This document shows positions 39,394 through 51,775 of a stretch of 64,000 nucleotides of DNA, piece after piece. The DNA comes from Schmidtea nova (lineage: Eukaryota). Under the pieces are notes generated by a model. That model saw nothing but the letters and a program-made list of their open reading frames with translations, had not been told where the DNA came from and did not search any database. The position numbers were made by a program, and so were the translations under genes. The stretch is from positions 40,176,001-40,240,000 of the forward strand of contig CM097884.1 of NCBI GenBank assembly GCA_044892505.1, written 5' to 3'. How positions within the stretch are numbered: position 1 is the stretch's first letter; each line of letters begins with the position of its first letter.

Positions 39394-41391
39394 ATGTACA
39401 ATAATGTTAAAAATACCAATATCAATGGATTCAATGGTAAGGATTTATTTTTATTTTATTATTATTTTTAAACGTAATTTATTTTAGGAATGTCAAGAAT
39501 TAATATGCGAAATGTTACAAATGTATACGGAAACGATAACAATAATGGTCGTTTTAGAAACGATAAAATTATATTTGTATATTTATTATTTTATTACATG
39601 TTTTATAGAACATTTAAATGCTCAAAATGTATCGGCGATGGAATTTAATGTCCCAAACGTATCTAGTAATGTATCGGAAAATGAAAACAATAATGGTTTT
39701 TATAGAAACAGTAAAACTATATTTGTATATTTATTACTTTATTTCATGTTTTATAGATAATTTAAATACCCAAAATATATCCGCGACGAATTTTAATTTT
39801 AATAACGCTTCAAATGTATCCGCGACGAATTTTAATAACGCTTCAAATGATGGAAATTCTTTTAATAATGCATCGATAAATTCCGTGACGAATGGTAGAA
39901 CAAAATGTAAGATTTTTAATTTTTAAAATGTTTTATAATAGTTTTATAGTAGTTTTTATGACATTTTAATATTAATATTTTCCCTTAATTAAATAATATT
40001 TTCAAATAACTGATATCATTTTTTTATATATTAGTATTACATTAAATAAAATAATAAAAGTAATATTATATTTTATAGAAGAAACTTAATGGTATTAATT
40101 TTCAATAATATTATAAAGTATTAATAAAAGTTATAATAAAAAAAATATTTAATATCTTATTAATAATATTAGTTATTTGATTATTATTGTTATTTATTAG
40201 ATAATAATAATAATAATAGTTTTTAATAAATAATATTAACTTAATGATAATAATTTAGTTATAATAATTATATAATCTTTTAAAAGTTGATATTAATACC
40301 TACCCTTCAATACTTTTAATGTCAATTAAAACACGTTATCATATTAGATACGGTGATACAATCATTAAATATAAATTATGATATTTATTTAATCGCAATT
40401 CACACAGTGACGTAATTTTTCAAACACAAACTTTATTTTTGTGTTGACATTTGATTATCCTATTATGTAATAGTTTAAACTGATAAAATAGATTAAACTA
40501 TTCCGTAATAAGTTAAACTTATGTTTATTTTTCAATTATTTTATAATTATTTTATAATTATTTTTTATTTTAAAGGTTCAAATTACCCTTTATACTGTAA
40601 TAGTACTTTACATAATGATTGCCATCAAATTATGGAAAAGTACTATTCGTATAAATATAGTAGAGTCACCTTCCTCATTTGCCCTGTTTGTAAAATCAAC
40701 AAAACCCTTCCATATACTGAGTTTTATGATAAACACCGATATCATTTAACTCAGTATATTGGTTCTAAAAAAGCTATTTTTAATAATAATAAAATTAATA
40801 TTCAAAATAATATACATAACAACATTATAAATAATAATAATAATTCCAACAACAACAACAACGTCAATAATTTCTCAAACAACAATAGAAATAATAATGA
40901 TAATAATAATATTAATAATAATAATTTTTCCAGCAACAATAATAAACGAAAAATTTTAAACGAAGAATCAATTCCTTGTAAATTTATTAAAAATGAAGTA
41001 ATTAATATTTCCGACGATGAGGATGAAATTACTCCTGTAATTATTAATTCGTATTCTATAATACATCCAAATAATTTTAATAATGATAATAATAATACAT
41101 CAATAAATAATATATTACCAAATGAAAATAACACATCAATAATTAATATTTTACCAAATGAAAATTATAATAATGGTGGGTTGTTGATCGTCAATATGAC
41201 CTTGACGTTGCTATGGCTCTCATCAACAACTCAACACATAAAACATTGAAATTACCATCTTGTTACCCGTCACTATGTAACGTTGGTACTGTAACAAATG
41301 GGTGGGTATTCGCAATCAGTGAGCGTCGTCAATACGAAACTATGATTGACCGAATATCTCCTGGGTCCAAGGGCTACCGATAGAAGGTTTA
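39394..41391 (+). pseudogene. Five-exon Asn-rich Polinton gene with Cys-motif and SIM-like segment
   Basis: All phase-1 introns give a continuous frame (39394-39436, 39488-, ~39610-, ~39758-39906, 40576-). One donor reads AT instead of GT. C..C..CPVC and VINISDDEDE motifs. Confidence 0.55.
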
Positions 41392-41826
41392 ATGCCCGTT
41401 TTGTCCCTTCTTACATGATTTAACTATAAGCATTCAACAGAATTTTATCGGAAATTCAACATAAATATTTTACATAACCATAAATTTATTATTGCATCCA
41501 AATAAACTATTCCGAGCATCAAAAACACTAGCATAACCTTAAATTTCACCAATATTGCAATTTATGATAGTTAATACATAAAATATTTTATTTTTACAGA
41601 AAAATTTTAATCTGCATTTGAAATTTAAGAAAAACCTTAATTATTACCGTAATTTTATCAAGTTTAGAAATAATAAAAATAAAATTTCCGTTTGTTTAAA
41701 ATTGCTAATTTAATCAAAAGGACAAATTTACTCAATTCAAAAGTCATATTAATTTTAAAGGTAAGTTTTTGAATTTTTTCACTAAATTGATTAAATAATG
41801 ATTTTTAAAGCTTAGATCAACAAAAA

Positions 41827-42097
41827 ATGGATATCCCCAGCAACTACGAAGTCAGAGAAAAATTCTCCCATCCAAAATGGGTCAAAAAACTAGAATTCCA
41901 GCTCCTACGAAGCAAAATTGCCAACACTATCGACCAGGTAAAATTTTGATTATTTTAGAATTATAATTTATTTTGAACGATTTTAGAAAAATTTCCAAAG
42001 CGAATACGAGGAACCCGGCCCCTTCAGAACCGAAAACAAGAAAAATCCTTGTCGGGGATTTTTATTCCTCAAACGGAATGAAGGCTATCAATTTTGA
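41827..42097 (+). CDS. Two-exon 73-aa protein of unknown function (intron 41938-41986)
   Basis: ATG, 37 codons, CAG|GTAAAA...TTTTAG, 36 codons, TGA. Confidence 0.45.
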
Positions 42098-44520
42098 ATA
42101 ATAAAATTTTTCTTTTGATATTAGTTTTTTATCCTTTTTCGTTTATTATTTATTATTTTTATGAATTTTTTGTAATCTGAAAAGTAAAAACTAATGTAGA
42201 TGGCCTATTACATTAAGTTGGCTGGGTAAATTTAATTTTATACATGGTATGGTTGAATGATAGCAATTTTTGTATGGTTTTTCTGTATGTGTGATGCAGA
42301 CTAACATAACTGTGTAGAATTTTTAAATTTATAATTTTTTTTGAAAGTAATGTAATAATAAAATTTCTAATTTTTATAATATACATTTTTATAATACTTT
42401 TTATAAATAATTTTATGAAAGTAATATAATAATAGAATTTCTAAATTTTATAATATACATTTTTAGATTCGAATTTTTATATTTTAAGTATATATATATA
42501 TTAATAGTAAAAATTTTTTCTATAAAATTTCGAAATTTTGGATTTTATAAAATGATAAAATTTTTCAATATAATAATAATATTTTCGATTTAAAATTTTT
42601 ATGGGTTTCAATATAAGTTTTGATTTATAAATTCTTAGGAATTTTATAAAATGACAAAATCTTTTATATCATAATAATATCAGGAAAATTTTTGGTTTAC
42701 AATTTTTCATTATAAAATTTTTGCAATATAATAAAAAGTAAAATTTTATTTTTTGATCAAAAACGAAATCCACATAATAATAAATTTTTATCCATAAATT
42801 TCGAAATCCAAATAGGCATTCGATCTAAAAAGTTTTATATACTGAAAAAAATAAAAATAAAATAAGTTATAAATTTTTCAACGAATATTTTTCGACATCG
42901 AGTGAAGTGAATTTTGGTTTCGTTCGAGCATGAATTTCCCAACCAAAGTGCGCGCGAATTTTTCGGGACACTTCACTTAGGAACTTCAGGCTCCCGAAAA
43001 CAAGGTTCACTGGAGAAAATTATTTATTTAATGAATGAGTTTTAATTCAGATCAATCAATACTTGTCCTAAATTCATTTCATTTCATTATCATTATATCA
43101 GTTTTGAGCATTATTTCATATGATTCTTTTCCAACACTAGCCTCCATTTACTTGCGTTTCGGATAAGATTACTTTTGTTGCGAGAGTGTAGGCGACGACG
43201 AGTAAAATGCTCTTGCATAAATTATTTTTCATAATGGAAAAGACATTACTGGAGAAAATCGTCTTTACGTTTACATGTGGTATTAATTTTTAAAAGATAA
43301 ATATGTCAGAAATTATAAATTCAGATAAACTACATTTATTATAAATTAAATATCATTAATATAACAACTTGCCTTTGGCCAAGCCACTGTTCCCCAGTTG
43401 GGATGAAGTGAACATGGATGTTTAGGCTATTCACCTGGACTCGGAAATATGGGCTGATCAATTTACGTATCGAACCAGCGATCCGCTCAGGCTACTTCCA
43501 CCCGATCGGCACAAGGCCAGACACAGGCTTCAGGGGGTACGGAAGCAAAAAATATTTATTTATTTACTTTTATCATTTTTTATGGTAATATCTTTTGTGA
43601 ATTTAACTCTGAGATTTGTGACAATAATCAAAAAAAAATAAAGAAATAAACAGTAAAAATTTTAATAGTCATTCTATAATCATAAAATAATATAACAATA
43701 ATAAAAAAAAATATTAAAATATTACCGGTATGGGGTAATTGGACAGGCATGGTGTTCAATGAACCCGCACCAACAAAAGAACGAGACTTACGATTTTCTC
43801 TTTTTCGGGAATTAAAATTTAGAAATTTTCTGGCATAAAATTTTCACCAATTCTGAATAGGAAAATTTTTCACAAAATTCTGATTCTTGCCATTTTGATG
43901 GCGGTATATATACCATCGATTTTGCGTTACCTTCAGTAGTGTAATAAAACAAATTGTTCTAGAATTTTCCTTTTAATTTTTCTAATTTAATTCTAATGAT
44001 TTTCCTAAAATTAAATTCATATTTTTGTGTAATAATTTTTTACAAAACACAAATAATTTATTTTAATTCAAATTTTTTATTTTTGAATTGAAATTTGTTC
44101 GATTAGATTTAATTTACGATATTTCGATTAATATTAGTTCTTTTTGTTGTTAATGTGAAATATTTTGATAAAATCACAATTTTCGGCTAAAATTTTGTTT
44201 ATTTTTTCTGCATGAAGGTTTTATAACACAATTCCGTTTTTATGGGTATTTTCAATGGGTTTTCCGCCTATTCTAACTTTTAAACGTTCTTCTTTTGATG
44301 GCATTCGATTTTTCTCGAGGTTTCAATGCAAGGGCTTTCAGACTCACAGCTAGCGCGTTCTCTACCGGTTGATGTGTTTTGAGTCCACTTCACCTTTTGG
44401 TGTTTTCTACTTAATCGTTTGGATTTTTAATGGATATTTGGATTAAAACTGAATCTTGCGCGCTCTCTACCTATGGGGTTATCGCTTTATTAAAACAATT
44501 TGTGGTTTTTGCCCAACAAT

Positions 44521-47337
44521 AATATCAGATCAATAATTAATATGTCAACAAATAATAATAATATTATTAATAATCAGATTGGATGCGGTTCACTAGAACC
44601 TGAAATAAGTACTGATTTAAACAGTACCCATTCGATTATTAAAATGGATTTTTCATCCTTAATATTAAAAACTGTATCGGTTCCCGATGTCTTATTAAAT
44701 AAACTAAATACTGTTATTAGTCAAATGGGGTAAGTCAAAATTCAATTTTGTCTGAAGGTGGAGTTTGAAAAAGATGACGAATTACAATCTTTTGTCATTT
44801 CAAATTCTGCCAGGCCCATGGGCGATAATTTCATTGATGAAGGTATTGCTTTATTAAACGAAAAAATTATTAATATTAATCAGAAGGGGAGTAACATGAC
44901 CATTAATAAAATAGAGTATATCAGCTTTATTGTTACAAAATTTGCGGAAATAAGTAGGTTAAGCGGCCGAAAATTTATAGATACCCCAAAAACTTTAAAA
45001 AATAAATTTTGTATTGTTAACGTAATTAATAATGACAACTTTTGTTTCGTGTATAGCGTCTTGGCTATTTTAAAATATGATACAATTATTCGACAAACTC
45101 GAAATAGACCTTCATCGTATAATCTTTCAGATCTTATATTTGATCCTTCACAAATGCCGATGAAACTTTCGAGCATTTCTAAATTTGAAATGCAAAATCC
45201 CGGCTTAGCAATTAACGTCCTTTCTTATGACGAAAAAGCTTTAGTAGATATTACAAATAAGGAGGAAGTAATGAAACACCCCTTCATAGATATAATTTAT
45301 CGTTCCAAAGTTGTAGGGGGAAAACCAATTAATTTATTAATACTTGAAAATTCTCAGACATATCATTATGCTGCAATAACTAACTTAAATAAATTTTTAA
45401 ATTGCAGAAATCCTGCAATTACAGCTGTCCGTATTTGTAATGAATGGTGTCCCTGATGTCTTAACGGTTTTCGAACCGATGATTCTTTTAATAGACATAT
45501 AGATTTATGTGCTAAAAATCAGTTAGGTACAACTTTGTACACTTTGTCTAAAAATAAACATCTTGAATTTAAGGATTGGGCGAAAACTGTCACTCCTCCC
45601 TTTGTTATCTACGCCGACTTTGAGGCAATATTACCAAAAGATGTTAAATACTTTCAACGCCACTTACCGATTTCTGCTGGCTTGTTACTCATCAATAATT
45701 TTACCGGCGAAAAAACTTATAAACACTTTTTAGGTCTTAATTGCGTTGATGAGTTTCTTTCAGAGGTAGAAAATATTAGTAAGAGAATTGTAACACCTTT
45801 CTTTTACCGTAATTATCAAAAGAAAATAATTTTTAGTGACGCAGATAAGTTAATTTTTGATGCTTCTACTAACTGTTATTTGTGTAAGAAAATTTTAAAT
45901 AACCCAGTTAGGGATCATGATCATTTTACTGGTCGATTCATTGGCGCTGCTTGCATGAAATGTAATGCTTCGTGGCAAATCCGACATACCTTACCGGTTG
46001 TCTTCCATAATTTGAGAGCGTATGATCTGCATCATATCCTCAAATTTGGGCTTTCAAAATATGAGTCATGGAATATTAGCGTTATTCCAATTACCAGTGA
46101 AAAATTTCTTTCACTTTTTGCGCGAATAGATTCACTTACAGTTAAGTTTATTGACTCTTGTCAATTTGTAAGTGAATCTTTAGATAAAGCTGTAAAGACC
46201 TTAAATACTCTTCCTTTAACTTCAATGGAATTTCAGGGCACTATCATAAATTCAAAAGGGATTTTCCCATAAGATGTTGCCACTAGCTTAGATGCTCTTT
46301 TATCTAATACTGAATTGCCTCTAATTTGGAAGGATGTAACTGAGGCCGATTATTCCATGGCAAAAGATATTTGGCGGGAGACCAACTGTAATAATCTTTG
46401 TGATTACATGTAGGTCTATCTTAAATTAGATGTTTTTCTATTGGCTGACTTTTTTCAGCAATTCAGAGCAAAATCACTTGCTCATAATAAACTTGAGCCC
46501 TTAAATTTCTTGGGCATTCCTGGCATGTCTTGGAGTTCGGCACTAATGACTTTAGACAAACCTATAGAGCTGATCCAAGACATGGAAATTTATAATTTCT
46601 TTGAGGGAGGGATTTGTGGGGGGCTTACCTTTGTTAATAAGCACTATGTCAAAACAAGTGAGGATACTGAGTTGTTGTATATTGACATCAACAACCTGTA
46701 TGGATGGGCTTTGAGTCAAAAGCTCTCCGAGGGTAATTTTAAATGGGTAACGGATGATATTTTATTAAATAATATTTTATTAGAGTGTGAAACATTAGAT
46801 TTAGATTTACTTACATACCCTAGAGGTAGATTTAGATATACCATCGTCGATTCACGACAAACTAGATGATTTTCCAGTTGCAGCTGAAAAGATGTGCGCA
46901 CCACATTCAAAGGTGGAGAAGCTGTTGCACACGCACCACTCCAAGAAAAACTACGTTCAGCATTGGAGGCTTCTCCAACTATTTATTAATATAGGAGTCA
47001 AAATATCTAAGGTACATTGTGCTAGATCTATCCAAACTGCGCATGTATCAGCTGCAGTATATTGATTTGGAGAAATACAGGAATGAATTTAATTGCAAAA
47101 TCAATATTATTGCTGGGGACACCGACTCATTTTTCCTAGAAATAAAAAATTGTAAATTAGATTGTCTCTTACCAGCAATGATTAGAGATAATCTATCAGA
47201 TACATCAAATTATGATCAGACTCATTCATTATATTCAAGAAACCCTGACTCGGTGATTGGTAAATTTAAGGATGGGAGTAAAGGCCTTGGATATGATGAA
47301 TGGGTATTTTTGAGACCTAAATGCTACAGTTTATTGG
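44521..47337 (+). pseudogene. polB: Protein-primed DNA polymerase B, fragmented
   Basis: NNDNFCF, YADFE, VRDHDH, FHNLRAYD, KGIFP, LDVFLLAD, YIDINNLYG, GDTDSFF. Motif B is absent (deletion near 47015) and the C-terminus is replaced by the TIR. Confidence 0.9.
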
Positions 47338-48173
47338 GTATAAATAAGAAAACAAAAATACTATTGTTCATAAAATGCAAAATATTTTCAGCAAATCTAG
47401 TCCAATTAAAATGAAACCAGTTAAGAACGATAACAAATCAACTCAAAACAAATTTGATTTACGACCGGTTCAGATGTTTCACGATTACCAAATGTTTTTC
47501 TTGGTAAACGAAATCTCTTTCAAGGTCCCGAATCCGGTAAAGCTGTCGACTTCGCAATATTCCAACTTAATTGGTCAGATTTATAAAGAAGATGTTGTTG
47601 CAATCAATAAAGTGTTGACGAAAATCAACAAGAAATTATTTTGCAATGAAACAATATTCATCAACAACAGGAACACCGAATTTCATGATGCATTTCGATC
47701 AGTTGAATATACGGATAATGAAAATTGGTTTATAGATATATCCATCCAAGGATATAAAATCGATCCAAAAGAGGCAATGTCTCCAATTTGGAATATAAAA
47801 AGCGCAAAAATTGCATAGTTGGAATAACATTGTCGTCATATATATATGTGTATTTATTAATAAATGTTGATAAATTCTCACTTGGTGTTTTTGAAAAAAT
47901 GTTTTGTAAAATTTTGTTTTTTTAAAAAAATTTTAAGTTTTAGGAAAATTTTTTGAATTTTTGAAAATTTTAGATTTTGACCTTAAAAAATGACTTTAGC
48001 ACGACCTTGGCTCCACGATGACCTTGAGCTTAACTTGTCCTTAAAAAATTTTTTATGACTCATCGTTTGTGTGTGTAAAAAAAAGAACCTCCCGGAGGGT
48101 CACTTGATTTTGACTGGATGCACACACGCGATGACGTCATGTCTTTGTTCTCCCGTCCACACGTCATCCTACT
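47338..48173. repeat. Polinton right TIR
   Basis: Inverted copy of 35494-36285. Confidence 0.9.
47375..47818 (+). CDS. 147-aa TIR-encoded protein, right copy
   Basis: Near-identical to 35804-36247. Confidence 0.55.
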   Translation: MQNIFSKSSPIKMKPVKNDNKSTQNKFDLRPVQMFHDYQMFFLVNEISFKVPNPVKLSTSQYSNLIGQIYKEDVVAINKVLTKINKKLFCNETIFINNRNTEFHDAFRSVEYTDNENWFIDISIQGYKIDPKEAMSPIWNIKSAKIA

Positions 48174-48317
48174 CCAGGTACGTCAATATTTTACAAAAGT
48201 ATTAAAAATTATTTCAATTTTCCTATATTATGTTTCAAAATTAAGTTATTTGAATTTATATGAATATGATTTTTAACTATTTATTTATAGATTTATTTAA
48301 TCTCAAAAAAGAAAGTG

Positions 48318-50200
48318 GAAAACGAAAATGATACTCTTTGCATTTCAAAATGCAAGTTATCAAGGAGTATAAACCAAACAATGCTGATCATGGATTAGCT
48401 GCATTAGCGAAAAACACAATCTGGATACACATACAGTTCGCGAATGGGTGAAAAATAAAGAGAAATTCTTTGCATCATTGGCAAACCCTAACGTTTCAAC
48501 GCGAAATGCAAGACAATTGGCTGGTGACGGAAGAAAAGAAGAATTTAAAGACCTTAACGACGAACTAATTAAGTGGGTTAGAAACAGAAATGAAAAAGGA
48601 GTTCGTGTAAAAGAGAAATATATTAAATCAATGGCACTGACAATGAAAAGTGAATTTAGTACCGAGAAATATAATAACTTAAAGGCATCAGATGGTTGGC
48701 CGTCGTCAAACTTCATCCCAATTTTTACCGGAGCATTCAGATCAGATTGCACGTGAATTCATTTATAAAATTCAAAAGATTATTGATGTCAAAAAATTTG
48801 ATTGGAAAAATATCCTTAATATGGAATAAGTTCCCAAGTACTTTGAATCGCAACCAAACAGTACTATAACGAAAAAAGTATTCGACACGCTGTAATGCAT
48901 AAAGCAAATAGTTCACACAAACGATTCACCGCAACTTTTACAATTACAGCTGCAAGAAAGATACTTTCATCATATTTGCTGTCTTCTAAATTAAAAAAAA
49001 GATCCTAAAGTTGTAAACGACTGTTTTTTTAATGTTAATAATACAGGGGTGGACTGGAGCCTCTCGGTTCGGTTCGGCTCGAGCGAGCCGGTTGTCAAAA
49101 TTTTTGAAACTCGGCGAGCCGCTTGTTAAATTAACCCTAAAACCAAAAATAAGCCATTTTAATAGTATGTTTATGCAAAATATGCACATCGCGCCGATGT
49201 GCCACACACTCGCAAACATATCATGTGCGCAACACAATACACTCATCATGTGCGTACGTAAAGTACGTAAAAAAACATATATCCAATCTAATGACAATAA
49301 ATTTATTGGGGAAACCAATAGCAAATTTCGATGCCATTCCTTTTGTTACATCTTGGATGAACCAGAATCACAGCAACAGAAACAAGGGTAAGAAGAGGGC
49401 ACAATAATGATGTTTCTGCAAATGAACAAGGCATATGAACTCTAAATTAATTAATTAGGCATATACATAGCATAGTATGTTAAATTTGGAATTTATCAGA
49501 TTTTTGTGCAATAAATATTTTGTTTAGTTATTTTGTGCAATAAATGTTTTGCTATATATATATATATATTTTATACTGTACAAAAATAAATGAAGACAAT
49601 GTACGCATTTACCGTTTTTTTTGAAATAATAGCGAGCCGGTTGTTCAAAATTTGGCAGCCCACCCCTGAGTATATGTTGAATGTTATAATGAAAAGACGA
49701 CAAACAAATTTGTTTCGGCAGTCGGTATTGCTTATAATTGATTCTTATGCACTGCACATTATTTTATTGAATAGCAAAATATACAATATCTTTATGAGAT
49801 AATTTCTCCAAAGATGACTGGATTGCTATAGCCATTGGATGTTCTGGTGAATAAGATGGTTCAGGACAGTTATAATGATTCATACGATACTTACATCACC
49901 GAAGCAATATCGGATGATGCAAAGTAATCCTAAAGTTCCATGTTATGTATCAGAATAAAAATGGGTTGTAGATTGGGCGAAAAATGTGCCCTAAACACGA
50001 TAACGAAAGCACTTGTTTGTTGTGATGAATTCCATATTGATGAATCCTATATTGCAAATTAACACAGCACATTGAATGAATTCTGAAATGAATATTTTGA
50101 TATCACCAGTTGGTTATCATTTTTTTTCAAATGAAGTTGCCGCGAAGGATGACTATTTCGAAACGATTAAAGACAGTGAGTTCATATGGCCGGAACATAT
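48318..50200 (+). pseudogene. pogo/Tigger (CENP-B-like) transposase fossil
   Basis: KRK*YSLHFKMQVI, L..ELIKWVR, KASDGW, LIIDSY..H, T..L*PLDV.VNK; many breaks. Confidence 0.75.
49044..49667. mobile_element. Non-autonomous TIR element (MITE-like)
   Basis: 13-bp TIR CAGGGGTGG(A/G)CTG and subterminal GCGAGCCGGTTG motifs; no clear TSD. Confidence 0.55.
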
Positions 50201-51775
50201 CTCAACCAGCTTTTAGAAATGTGTGAAATTCAATTTGCCGTTACAGAAAAATTTCAAGGACTGGATTCAGAATTATTCCACAAAAATAATCAATTATTTA
50301 AAAAACAAACTGGTGGACTTAATCGACGAGAAAGATGAAGATTTATTGAGAAATGGACATTCGATAGAATCAAACATTGAAGTGTTTGCATATCCATCAT
50401 TGAGGACTGGGATATTACGAAAATAACCCTGGACAGTGATTGTCATAAAATAAATGAATTCGTATATACTTGGGGACAATAATCTGCAAAAAAATGAAAT
50501 AAAAATTGAAGGTTATCATGAATTAAAAATATAAACCCAATTGAATATAAAAACATTAAGAAACGGAAATAATAAAAATAATTATTTGTATGTTAAATTG
50601 GATCACGTCATTATTAAAAGAGAATGTATAATTTGATATTTAATAATAGTGTAAGACATTATGTATAAAATAAAAACTGAATGAATTTTATTTTAGTACT
50701 AATAAATTATTATTTTAACAGTTTTTAAGGATTTTTAATTTCAATACAAATGAAAAAAAACCAAACAAGCAAAAAATATCGGGAAAAATTCGATTAAAAC
50801 CCCTGGGGGTTTATACAAGGAAATACGGTAAGGTTTCAAAATTATTGAATGTGAATTGTGAAACTTTGGTGATAAAATTGTTGGTTGTCTATCAATTAGT
50901 CGATACTGCTTAAAAGACTCCTTGGTATTCTTATAGGATTAACTCAACACATTAAGATTTATTTTTTACAACCACTCGACACAATTTTCGATAATAATAA
51001 GTCTCCTAAAGGAAGATCTCCCTTTTTGGTACGCTATGAAGAATAAATATGACCTTGACTAACACTGAAACTATTGTCTTGCAAATATTGAACTAATTTT
51101 TGTTTTCGAACTCTCTGGCAAATTTTGGAATTTGTGTCTTCTTTTTACAGTGTTCGTCATAATGAATTCTTCTTATCTGATAAGTTATCTGGAGGGTTCC
51201 TGTCAAATTTGAAAACTTCCAAGTCTAATTCATTACAAATAATAAAATCGATTAGGACTATTACTTTCCCATCAATTTGGGTTTCGAGTTACCTCTACAA
51301 TCAATTTCTTCGGTGATGGTTAAACTGTCTCGCTGATAATACGGGCTTCCAACACAACTTTGGTTCCCCATTAACCAATTTATCATTTCCTTCTTGAGGC
51401 ACCCATTGATTTTATTTTACCCGTTTGGATTCGTTTAACTATTTGGATACACCCATATCAATTTCCCCTTTAATTTATATTGCAAATTTTAATTCAGCGG
51501 TGGACAAACTACAGCCACTAAAAATTGGTATCTGAGATGTAGAAATATATTTTTAAAAATGGTGTTCTTTTATTTTTTTTAATGTAATTGTTTGGGAGAA
51601 TAAAATTTATTGGGTATTATTTGATTGGTTCAAGAACACGCGGAACCAAAATCTTCAGAAACCCGTATAAAAATCTATATTTAAAACTATTTTTAGCTTT
51701 TTGTGAAGGTTCATTTTCTGTTTTGAATTATTAAAGCAAAAGTTAACTACCAATTATATTAAAAATAAAAAAACA

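Larger units (their letters stand above)
35494..48173. mobile_element. Decayed Polinton/Maverick (adintovirus-like), 12.7 kb; integrase and packaging ATPase not seen
   Basis: AGTAG...CTACT termini, 6-bp TSD CCAGGT, ~0.8-kb TIRs, and penton, major capsid, adenain and pPolB remnants. Confidence 0.93.
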
